Shown: positions 48,544 to 55,334 of the stretch, piece by piece
How the letters are laid out: each line of letters starts with the position of its first letter
Position numbering within the stretch: position 1 is the first letter of the stretch
Virus record (IMG/VR): IMGVR_UViG_3300009031_000221
Location: 160,001-224,000 of that record
DNA length: 64,000 nucleotides
Direction: 5' to 3' (one strand)
DNA from: a virus
Taxonomy: Duplodnaviria > Caudoviricetes
Program-made: the position numbers and the translations under genes
Notes under the pieces: model-generated
Database searches by the model: none
Seen by the model: the letters and a program-made list of their open reading frames with translations, nothing else
What the model was told of the DNA's origin: nothing

Positions 48544-48572
48544 TTGACAGGCTTGCGAAACTCCCATACCAT
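48544..48572 (+). promoter_or_regulatory. Sigma70 promoter TTGACA-N17-TACCAT for the HNH gene
   Basis: Directly upstream of ATG 48578. Confidence 0.75.
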
Positions 48573-48577
48573 GAGGT

Positions 48578-49117
48578 ATGAGAAATACGCCCTATCCCGA
48601 GATACCTTGTGAATACTGCAAAAATCCTTTTTCCCCAAAGGATCCTCGATCCCGGTACTGTTCGCTATCTTGTGCCGGAAAGGTCGTTGGTCGTCGTCGG
48701 ATTATTTCTGATGAAACAAGGGTTAAAATGGCAGTTGCCCGGAAAACCTTCTGGGATAATCACGATAATCCGCAGAAGGGCAATCCAGACCACGCTCAAG
48801 CCGTGGGTCAAAGTACAAAGGGTAAATACAAGAAAAACCCGGCATCTATTTTGGATCTCAGTTCTCGCACGGTGCGTAAACTGTTACAACGGATCAATCC
48901 TGGGTGCTCAAGATTCCAATGTGGATGGAAAGAAGGTATAGGAGACATTCACCATATCAACGGGAGGAAGGTGGCAGATGCAAATGGGCACTGGAATTTA
49001 TCCTATCTATGCCCTAATTGCCATCGTTTAGTACATGAAGGCAAGGTTCCCAAAGATGAATTGGTCACAATTCAAACCCAATTGGGAGAAACTTGGTTCG
49101 ATCATTATTACGGGTGA
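48578..49117 (+). CDS. HNH homing endonuclease within the tRNA array
   Basis: CEYC...YCSLSC; DIHHING...NLSYLCPNCHRLVH. Confidence 0.88.
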   Translation: MRNTPYPEIPCEYCKNPFSPKDPRSRYCSLSCAGKVVGRRRIISDETRVKMAVARKTFWDNHDNPQKGNPDHAQAVGQSTKGKYKKNPASILDLSSRTVRKLLQRINPGCSRFQCGWKEGIGDIHHINGRKVADANGHWNLSYLCPNCHRLVHEGKVPKDELVTIQTQLGETWFDHYYG

Positions 49118-49129
49118 TCGAATCCCCAC

Positions 49130-49210
49130 GGCACCATTGAGCAAAGGCCGCTCGTGACTCTGTAAAAGTCATCTTTCACCGGGGAGGTGGTTCGATACCA
49201 CCTGGTGCCA
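49130..49210 (+). tRNA. tRNA-Tyr(GTA), second copy
   Basis: GGCACCA/TGGTGCC acceptor, loop CT GTA AA. Confidence 0.85.
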
Positions 49211-49263
49211 CCCCGGGTTCCTGGACTAATCCGAAAGGTTCAAAATCCAGGAACCCGTATAAT

Positions 49264-49356
49264 GGATCCGTGGCCGAGAGGCTTATGGCGCTCGTTTCGA
49301 AAACGAGATGTCGGTGATGAGCCGGCACACAGGTTCAAATCCTGTCGGATCCGCCA
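49264..49356 (+). tRNA. tRNA-Ser(CGA)
   Basis: Loop TT CGA AA, long arm, G73, CCA. Confidence 0.92.
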
Positions 49357-49423
49357 ACGTCTGCTATGTTGCAACAGGGAAGCAATACCTCCGGGTATGT
49401 CGGGTTCGAATCCCGAGGCGTTA
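49357..49423 (+). pseudogene. Degenerate tRNA-like element
   Basis: Intact T-arm TCGGG-TTCGAAT-CCCGA and partial acceptor; no valid anticodon arm. Confidence 0.5.
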
Positions 49424-49427
49424 TTAT

Positions 49428-49517
49428 GGAGATGTGGCCGAGCCCGGCTTATGGCGTCAGTCTTGAAAACTGAAGGGTGTAAAAGCTCCAGGGGTTCGAA
49501 TCCCTTCGTCTCCGCCA
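49428..49517 (+). tRNA. tRNA-Ser(TGA)
   Basis: Loop CT TGA AA, G73, CCA. Confidence 0.92.
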
Positions 49518-49529
49518 GTGTCTAACCAA

Positions 49530-49622
49530 GGAAGCGTACCCAAGTGGTTAAGGGGGCGGTTTGCTAAACCGTTAGGTCGTCTAGAAAACGGCGCGTGGGT
49601 TCAATCCCCACCGCTTCCGCCA
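49530..49622 (+). tRNA. tRNA-Ser(GCT)
   Basis: Loop TT GCT AA, G73, CCA. Confidence 0.92.
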
Positions 49623-49631
49623 GTGTCCGAT

Positions 49632-49719
49632 GTCATCGTGGGGAAATTTGGTAGACCCATTAGCTTGAGGTGCTAACGCTCGCAAGGGCATACGGGTTCG
49701 ACTCCCGTCGATGACACCA
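49632..49719 (+). tRNA. tRNA-Leu(GAG)
   Basis: Loop TT GAG GT, long arm, CCA. Confidence 0.9.
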
Positions 49720-49826
49720 GTTCATAGGATAAGTGTTGAACATATGTGTGAAGCGGGCGCCCGTAAATCACACGGATAATCCGTCCTGATAGTATCGGGA
49801 AAATTCAGGTCAAACCCTGATGAGCT
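49720..49826 (+). ncRNA. tRNA-like structured RNA with an expanded middle
   Basis: GTTCA/TGAGC closing stem, T-like arm TCAGG-tcaaac-CCTGA, two internal 6-bp stems. Confidence 0.45.
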
Positions 49827-49831
49827 AAAAT

Positions 49832-49923
49832 GGAAACGTCGTCTAGTGGCCGAGGGCACCCGCTTGGAAAGCGGGCGATCATGTAAAAGTGGTCCGGGAG
49901 TTCGAATCTCCCCGTTTCCGCCA
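49832..49923 (+). tRNA. tRNA-Ser(GGA)
   Basis: Loop TT GGA AA, G73, CCA. Confidence 0.92.
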
Positions 49924-49935
49924 GTGTGTAAGAAT

Positions 49936-50007
49936 GCCCCTATCCGCTAGTGGTTAGGCGACCGGATTCTCAATCCGTCAACATCGGTTCAAATCCGATT
50001 AGGGGCA
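49936..50007 (+). tRNA. tRNA-Glu(CTC)
   Basis: Loop TT CTC AA. Confidence 0.88.
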
Positions 50008-50020
50008 CTGAGTAAATAAT

Positions 50021-50091
50021 GGGTTGGGTGCTGGGCACGGATTGGTCTCCAAAACCGATCTTCGAGGGTTCGATTCCCTCCCTTCTCGCCA
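50021..50091 (+). tRNA. tRNA-Trp(CCA), atypical
   Basis: Loop CT CCA AA, normal T-arm, CCA; very small D-arm and two U-U mismatches in the acceptor. Confidence 0.7.
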
Positions 50092-50092
50092 T

Positions 50093-50235
50093 GAGGGGTA
50101 CGCCAAACGGATTGGCACAAGCATTGAAAACTTGAAAACAGTAAACATGCTTCACAACTCGTCAACATTCCTTCGGGAATGCCGACAATCAGTTAAGCAC
50201 ACACGCAATAGTAGGTTCGACTCCTACACCCCCCA
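50093..50235 (+). ncRNA. 143-nt tRNA-like RNA with about 75-nt insertion in the variable region
   Basis: Acceptor GAGGGGT/ACCCCCC, D-stem GCCA/TGGC, T-arm GTAGG-TTCGACT-CCTAC, internal UUCG hairpin. Confidence 0.6.
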
Positions 50236-50421
50236 CTAATTCGGATCCGGCAATGATTCAAATAGGATTTCACCGTCCTCGCGGAGCCATGCAATGACAT
50301 GACCCGAAAGTACTAGATTAATCAATGCCTGATCAATTTCAGGAGTAGCTGAAGGTGGCAAGGCCCTTAGATGGGCAACGGCATCTTCTACGGAGATAGG
50401 TTCAAGAGTCAAAGGGGGCAT
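50236..50421 (-). CDS. Small protein encoded antisense inside the tRNA array
   Basis: 61 aa, GAGGTG RBS, fills a tRNA-free gap exactly. Confidence 0.6.
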   Translation of the reverse strand: MPPLTLEPISVEDAVAHLRALPPSATPEIDQALINLVLSGHVIAWLREDGEILFESLPDPN

Positions 50422-50450
50422 ATCGGCACCTCAGAGATATTGTACCATAT

Positions 50451-50524
50451 GCTTGGGTAGCTCAGCAGGTAGTAGCACTAGACTGAAAATCTAGGTGTCG
50501 TCGGTTCAATTCCGACCCCAAGCA
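50451..50524 (+). tRNA. tRNA-Phe(GAA)
   Basis: Loop CT GAA AA. Confidence 0.9.
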
Positions 50525-50538
50525 CTTGAATTGTAAAT

Positions 50539-50614
50539 GCTTCATTAGCTTTGATGGTCAAAGCGTCGGCTTGAAACCCCGAAGAATTCCGTTCGATACG
50601 GAGATGGAGCACCA
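50539..50614 (+). tRNA. tRNA-Phe(GAA)
   Basis: Loop TT GAA AC, C-C mismatch closing the anticodon stem, CCA. Confidence 0.8.
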
Positions 50615-50690
50615 TCGAATGTCGTAGTTCAACGGTAGAACTGGGACTGAACGTCTTGCATGAGGGATTCAATCGCCCTCCGCATTCGAG
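50615..50690 (+). pseudogene. Degenerate tRNA (Phe-GAA-like)
   Basis: Acceptor and D-arm present, weak anticodon stem (loop CT GAA CG), 9-nt T-loop. Confidence 0.55.
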
Positions 50691-50693
50691 TTG

Positions 50694-50762
50694 TTTGGAA
50701 GTGCCCGGTGGCAGGGCGGCGGTGTGATACCGTGTGGGATGGTTCGATTCCATCATCCAAAG
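50694..50762 (+). pseudogene. Degenerate tRNA with a 5-nt anticodon loop
   Basis: D-arm GCCC/GGGC, stem GCGGT-gtgat-ACCGT, intact T-arm. Confidence 0.55.
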
Positions 50763-50769
50763 TTTCTAA

Positions 50770-50842
50770 GCCCGGATAGCTCAGTTGGTAGAGCGGAAGC
50801 CTGAAGAGCTTCGCGTCGGCGGTTCAACTCCGTCTCCGGGCG
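50770..50842 (+). tRNA. tRNA-Phe(GAA)
   Basis: Loop CT GAA GA, canonical cloverleaf. Confidence 0.92.
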
Positions 50843-50847
50843 CTGAT

Positions 50848-50932
50848 GGGGATGTGGGCTGTCAAGGAGAATTGGCACATCCGGCAGACTTAAAATCTGC
50901 CGCCTTTGAGGGTTCGAATCCCTTTGTCCTCA
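50848..50932 (+). tRNA. tRNA-Leu(TAA), atypical
   Basis: Loop CT TAA AA, short variable region, enlarged D region. Confidence 0.65.
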
Positions 50933-50947
50933 CTGTAGTGGTAAAAT

Positions 50948-51021
50948 GCTGGGGTAGCCCAATTGGCAGAGGCAATAGGTTTAGGCCCTATACGGTGTGG
51001 GTTCGAATCCCATCTTCAGCA
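50948..51021 (+). tRNA. tRNA-Leu(TAG), short variable arm
   Basis: Loop TT TAG GC, 5-nt variable loop, A73. Confidence 0.85.
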
Positions 51022-51033
51022 CTAGAACACTAT

Positions 51034-51108
51034 GCAAGCGTAGCCCAATTGGCAGGAGGCAACAGTTTCAAAAGCTGTGCAGTGTGGGTTCGAATCCCAT
51101 CGCTTGTA
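51034..51108 (+). tRNA. tRNA-Leu(CAA), short variable arm
   Basis: Loop TT CAA AA, 5-nt variable loop, A73. Confidence 0.85.
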
Positions 51109-51120
51109 CCGTAACTTAAT

Positions 51121-51204
51121 GCAATCGTGGCGGAACGGTCTACGCAGGGGTCTCAAAAACCCCCGGTCTAAAAAACCTTGTGAGTTCGAATCTCACCGAT
51201 TGCA
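51121..51204 (+). tRNA. tRNA-Leu(CAA), long variable arm
   Basis: Loop CT CAA AA. Confidence 0.9.
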
Positions 51205-51237
51205 CTTTCAATAGTGCGGCTATTAGCCCTACATGAT

Positions 51238-51885
51238 ATGGCTACTATTCCATCAAAAGAGCATTTAGCTAATCTATACCAGATCCTTTCGGATTCGGCA
51301 ATTGCCGAATCCTTTTCGGTAAGTCCTGCGACTGTTCTCCGTTGGCGGAGACATTACGGCATTCTATCTAAACCGAGAGGTCCAAGGGCGATTTCGGGGC
51401 AATTGAGTTTCCGGGATATATCAGACGAGGCAATCAAAGCAGCGATCCCAATGTGTTTCTCAGTGATGGAGGTATGCCGTAAAGTCGGTCTATGTGAAAC
51501 GGGACAAGGGCACACCAAAATGAAAGTGAAGATTTCCCATCTAGGGGTAGATACTTCACATTTTGGAACACAACACCCTCGTACATTAGGTCTGAAGGGA
51601 TACCAGCAATCCCTTCAGAGCCTATTAGTTGAAGGGTCTATTGCCCAGTCCAACAAGTTGAAACAGAGATTGCTGAAGGAGGGCATTCTGGCAGAAGAAT
51701 GTTCTCAATGTTATTGTTTGCCGGTATGGTTAGGCAAGCCCTTGACGTTGCAACTTGATCATATCAGTGGTGATTCTACGGATAATAGATTGGGTAATCT
51801 TCGTCTCCTTTGCCCCAATTGTCACTCGCAAACGGTAAACTATGCGGGTAGAAACAAATCTAGATCAGATAAGGCGCATCCATGA
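51238..51885 (+). CDS. HNH homing endonuclease with N-terminal HTH
   Basis: IAESFSVSPATVLRWRR; LQLDHISGDSTDNRLGNLRLLCPNCHSQT. Confidence 0.9.
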   Translation: MATIPSKEHLANLYQILSDSAIAESFSVSPATVLRWRRHYGILSKPRGPRAISGQLSFRDISDEAIKAAIPMCFSVMEVCRKVGLCETGQGHTKMKVKISHLGVDTSHFGTQHPRTLGLKGYQQSLQSLLVEGSIAQSNKLKQRLLKEGILAEECSQCYCLPVWLGKPLTLQLDHISGDSTDNRLGNLRLLCPNCHSQTVNYAGRNKSRSDKAHP

Positions 51886-52577
51886 ACCGAAATTTCCTTG
51901 TCCCAGAAATCAAGCAACACGCTAACCAAGACGAACAGAAGTTGGAACAACAACGGGTTGATGCCGTTGTGATTGCCATCGACCCTTGGTTCCGTGAACA
52001 GTCCGCATTGACGGCGCTTGACTACATGGAAGAAATGGGCATTGCCAACGTGGCAGCAGCCCCGGTCATGGTAGCCCGAACCGGAACGGCTCAAGGAGAA
52101 TTCCAGAAGCGGTTGGAAAGTCTGGCGGACATGAACTTTACTACCGTTACGGAATACCACGAATACCTTGACGAGATTGTGCATCGTCGAGAGAAGGGGT
52201 CAACCCTGATTCAGTGGGAATCGGAAAGCCTCGTCGGCTTCGTAGACCATGAGAAGGATTATCGTGTTGTGATTGCCATTCAGGATATTCGTCGCAGTCG
52301 TAGAGAAGCGAAGAATGACCCGCGTCTCATGGAAATCTACGAGAGTTTGGCCAAGCCCCTCCACCTGGAGGATGCTGCCGCAGTAATTGGTTCTAGCTGG
52401 TCTCCCGGCACTCGAGCATACATCCTTGGCCCCGCTGAGTACGGACTTCAGGCGGGATTCATCGATGACGATGTTGTGCAAACACCTCTTACGAATGATG
52501 TGTGGGACTCGGATTCGATTGTAGGTTCCTTCGCAAAGGAAGTGCCTGAGATTGGCGGGGAACGCCCCGTGAGATAG
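51882..52577 (+). CDS. Hypothetical acidic protein
   Basis: 231 aa, coupled to the HNH stop. Confidence 0.7.
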   Translation: MNRNFLVPEIKQHANQDEQKLEQQRVDAVVIAIDPWFREQSALTALDYMEEMGIANVAAAPVMVARTGTAQGEFQKRLESLADMNFTTVTEYHEYLDEIVHRREKGSTLIQWESESLVGFVDHEKDYRVVIAIQDIRRSRREAKNDPRLMEIYESLAKPLHLEDAAAVIGSSWSPGTRAYILGPAEYGLQAGFIDDDVVQTPLTNDVWDSDSIVGSFAKEVPEIGGERPVR

Positions 52578-52581
52578 CCAC

Positions 52582-52653
52582 GCCGTTGTAGTTCAGTGGC
52601 AGAACGCGACTTTCGTACAGTCGATGTCGGGGGTTCGATTCCCTCCTACGGCT
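52582..52653 (+). tRNA. tRNA-Thr(CGT)
   Basis: Loop TT CGT AC. Confidence 0.88.
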
Positions 52654-52726
52654 CTGTTGACAAAGCTCGTGTACCATGTGTACAAGGAGTTCCGGTGCCG
52701 TCCTTACAAGGGGCGGCACCAGCGTT

Positions 52727-52799
52727 GCCCGCATAGCTCAGTTGGAAGAGCACCTCATTTGTAACGAGGTGGTCGGGAGTTCGATTCTCTCTGTGGGCA
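52727..52799 (+). tRNA. tRNA-Thr(TGT)
   Basis: Loop TT TGT AA. Confidence 0.92.
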
Positions 52800-52811
52800 C
52801 TGTTTCTATAT

Positions 52812-52883
52812 GCTTCAGTATTTCAGTGGCAGAAGCCTTCCTTGGTAAGGAAGTGGTCGTGGGTTCGATCCCCACCTGAAGCT
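52812..52883 (+). tRNA. tRNA-Thr(GGT)
   Basis: Loop TT GGT AA. Confidence 0.9.
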
Positions 52884-52893
52884 CCGTTTCTAA

Positions 52894-52966
52894 GGCCTTG
52901 TCGTCTAACGGTTAGGACATAGCCCTCTCAAGGCTAGAACGCGGGGTTCAAATCCCCCCAAGGTCA
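52894..52966 (+). tRNA. tRNA-Glu(CTC), second copy
   Basis: Loop CT CTC AA. Confidence 0.88.
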
Positions 52967-52986
52967 CTTAAACCCTAGAGGTAATC

Positions 52987-53532
52987 ATGTCCATTCTTGC
53001 AGTTGATGTGTCCTACCAAGAGGATGTTGCCCAAGTCGCGGGCGTCCTGATTGAAAAATGGGAAGACACTGCAATCATTCAATCACACGTATTCACGATG
53101 CCCTGTCCTGCCCCCTATGAACCTGGGGCATTCTACAAGCGGGAACTTCCATGCATTCTAGCTTTGTTGGATCGCATGAAGGCCCCAGGGGTGATTAATC
53201 CAGAAAAGCCCGACTTCATCATCATTGATGGCTATGTGGACTTGGGCAAAGACCATCCCGGTTTGGGAAGGCACCTAGTAAATGCCCTCGGGCATGCCAA
53301 TGTCATTGGGGTTGCCAAGACAGCATTCAAAGATGCTCCTCACAAGGAGTGCCTTCGTGGCAAGAGCAAGAATCCTCTGTACATTACATCTGCCGGGGTT
53401 AGCGTGCACTTGGCAGATGTAGCTATCCGACTCATGCACGGACCCTATCGCATCCCCACTATTCTCAAGGAAGTAGATAGGCTAAGCCGCAGCCCAATGG
53501 AAGTGGCCCGGACGGACGAGGGGCTGGTTTGA
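52987..53532 (+). CDS. nfi: Endonuclease V family
   Basis: AVDVSY, YEPGAFYKRELP, IIIDGY, GLGRHL, IGVAKT. Confidence 0.9.
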   Translation: MSILAVDVSYQEDVAQVAGVLIEKWEDTAIIQSHVFTMPCPAPYEPGAFYKRELPCILALLDRMKAPGVINPEKPDFIIIDGYVDLGKDHPGLGRHLVNALGHANVIGVAKTAFKDAPHKECLRGKSKNPLYITSAGVSVHLADVAIRLMHGPYRIPTILKEVDRLSRSPMEVARTDEGLV

Positions 53533-53587
53533 AAACTAGCATGATGCGATAAGCGTCACAAGGGTTCGATTCCCTTTGCTTCCGCCA
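53499..53587 (+). pseudogene. Degenerate tRNA-Ser(TGA) overlapping the 3' end of nfi
   Basis: Long arm, T-arm, G73, CCA; anticodon loop not 7 nt; 5' acceptor/D region irregular. Confidence 0.6.
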
Positions 53588-53607
53588 GATACAACGTATT
53601 CAGATGA

Positions 53608-54117
53608 TCAATGCTTTCGCAGCAATGGCACAATATGCTTACGGAGTTCTGGTTTAGCCGTAGCGAGGCGGATCAGGTTATGCCGCAGGCTAGACGCCAT
53701 GAAGTCCCGATTGCTAACACCATGATATTTACTAGGGTTCGACGAATATTCTGCGTTTTCCCGTAAATCTTCTAGCGCATCCTCAAATGCTTCATGGGCT
53801 TCGCGTTCACTGACGGCCTTTTGCATGGCTTCGCGAATTGCGGATTCTAGATCCTTCGTGAATTGCGGCGTGTCCTCTCCATTATCGAAGACCTCTTCGA
53901 CGGCATCCGATTCAGATTTAGCGGATGTCAGGTGTTTGGCTACCTTGTCTAGCATCCATTCTGTTGCATCAAATCCATGGAAGAAGACCCGCCAGCCCTC
54001 CCATCTAGAAGCTGTGTCGGTTTCCCTCTGGATCAAAGGAATGATGGCAGCCTTGAACTTTGGGTCGTGAGGCAAGGCACGTTCAAGGGCAACAATGGTG
54101 GGATCTGGCTGTGGCAT
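53608..54117 (-). CDS. Hypothetical protein with C-terminal LRHNLIRLA...PELRKHIVPLL motif
   Basis: ORF with GGAGG RBS and class B-like motif upstream. Confidence 0.7.
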   Translation of the reverse strand: MPQPDPTIVALERALPHDPKFKAAIIPLIQRETDTASRWEGWRVFFHGFDATEWMLDKVAKHLTSAKSESDAVEEVFDNGEDTPQFTKDLESAIREAMQKAVSEREAHEAFEDALEDLRENAEYSSNPSKYHGVSNRDFMASSLRHNLIRLATAKPELRKHIVPLLRKH

Positions 54118-54141
54118 GGTATTCCTCCAACGACAAGTGCC

Positions 54142-54159
54142 GATAGAAGGAATACCATA
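54142..54159 (-). promoter_or_regulatory. Class B-like motif TATGGT-N7-CTATC
   Basis: 25 nt upstream of 54117. Confidence 0.4.
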
Positions 54160-54163
54160 AGGG

Positions 54164-54607
54164 CTAGAGCAGCTTCAGTAGCCCCGTGATCTTATCGATG
54201 GATTCGGCTTCTGCGGGACCGATTGCCAAGGCAGTCCAAGTCGGGACGCCATGGAACTCTGTGAAGCCGCTGTCTTGGATAGCGGCACAGGGCAAGCCCG
54301 CGGCCAGGGCAATGTCTCGGAGGGCGAGGAATTCATCTTCCGATCCAATCCCAACGCAAATCTTGGTGAATGAACCGTCTAGCCATTGCTGCATGGCGGA
54401 TGACATACGCAGCATGAATGCCCGTTCCTCATCTTCCATGAGTTCGGCAGTCTGGCAAAACGTGTAGCCTTCCCATTTACGGTTGGCAAACCCGTAGCTC
54501 CCGGCATCCAACAGAACCTTCATGCTGGCATGTGCTGCCTGAGCGCACATCTTGCCCTTACGCATGTTGAGATCCGTGCGAAGTACGATGACCTGTTTTA
54601 CTGGCAT
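54164..54607 (-). CDS. pth2: Peptidyl-tRNA hydrolase, Pth2 family
   Basis: KQVIVLRTDLNMRKGKMCAQAAHA, KICV, IQDSGFTE, TALAIGP. Confidence 0.95.
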   Translation of the reverse strand: MPVKQVIVLRTDLNMRKGKMCAQAAHASMKVLLDAGSYGFANRKWEGYTFCQTAELMEDEERAFMLRMSSAMQQWLDGSFTKICVGIGSEDEFLALRDIALAAGLPCAAIQDSGFTEFHGVPTWTALAIGPAEAESIDKITGLLKLL

Positions 54608-54613
54608 GGTGTC

Positions 54614-54898
54614 CTAATCGTCGGTAGAGAACCGGTATGAATATTCAGAGGCTAGCTGAAATACTTCATCCCGTTCTTCTTTCGTCAGGTCTACTGATTC
54701 CCTCGTATCCACGCGAGTGGTTGCCAATGGAATCAGTATACCGGGGCTGGCCGCAGTCAGCTGAAAGCTATCAGGGTAACGGTATTCAAACGTTGCTTGA
54801 ATGGTTGGGGCGTCGGCTTCGAGGGATTCCCTCTCGAATTGCACTGACACAATGGTACGCTTGTCAGCTGAGCGTGAGTGGGTTGTATGTGATCGCAC
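54614..54898 (-). CDS. Hypothetical protein
   Basis: GGAG RBS; class A promoter upstream. Confidence 0.6.
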   Translation of the reverse strand: MRSHTTHSRSADKRTIVSVQFERESLEADAPTIQATFEYRYPDSFQLTAASPGILIPLATTRVDTRESVDLTKEERDEVFQLASEYSYRFSTDD

Positions 54899-54921
54899 TG
54901 GTAGACTCCTGTATGATATCT

Positions 54922-54948
54922 ATCTACGCATCCTATCGTTGAAGTAAG
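54922..54948 (-). promoter_or_regulatory. Class A phage promoter
   Basis: CTTACT tcaacgatagga TGCGTAGAT; drives orf54898-pth2. Confidence 0.75.
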
Positions 54949-55334
54949 CCTGCGGTTTGTTCGCGTTGGATTGCATCTGGCCCCTGATTCAGATCGAGGC
55001 AAATCTGATCAATGGCTGCCAATACTTGATCTCGATTAGAACCCGTAGCGATGGAAAACGACAACCCTTTATAGTTGTTTGCCATAATCCGGTACAGCGG
55101 CCTATCATAGACATGGTACCTGTGCCTGCCTGTCCACTGGTAATCTTGCTTGCCCAGCCACATGATCAGGACGCTGACTATACCGGGCTTGGACATGAGG
55201 GACGCCGTCTTGGATACGTACCTATGAACATCCATCAAGCGCTTGACGCTATCATCATCATTGAAAACGAAGTTGAGGATATCGGACATATCGCGTGATT
55301 CCAATCGTTCCGTATTGTTCTTCCAAGTACTCAT
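54933..55334 (-). CDS. Hypothetical protein
   Basis: Coupled to the vWA stop. Confidence 0.65.
   Translation of the reverse strand: MSTWKNNTERLESRDMSDILNFVFNDDDSVKRLMDVHRYVSKTASLMSKPGIVSVLIMWLGKQDYQWTGRHRYHVYDRPLYRIMANNYKGLSFSIATGSNRDQVLAAIDQICLDLNQGPDAIQREQTAGLLQR

Noticed and set aside
49112-49136. 3' half of a tRNA destroyed by the HNH insertion (TCGAATCCCCACGGCACCA)
   Set aside because: GGCACCA is the 5' acceptor strand of the intact Tyr tRNA at 49130; what remains is too short to call.
49817-49836. Hammerhead ribozyme (CTGATGA...GAAA)
   Set aside because: No stem II closing pair, and the GAAA lies within the 5' end of tRNA-Ser(GGA).
50093-50235. tmRNA
   Set aside because: Only 143 nt, no G3-U70 alanine determinant and no tag ORF; kept as an unknown tRNA-like RNA.
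50024-51114. ORFs overlapping tRNAs (50024, 50478, 50785, also 48242, 49187, 52489, 52676)
   Set aside because: They are translations of tRNA sequence.
52657-52686. Sigma70 promoter before the Thr(TGT) tRNA
   Set aside because: TTGACA is present but no TANNNT lies at 16-18 nt.
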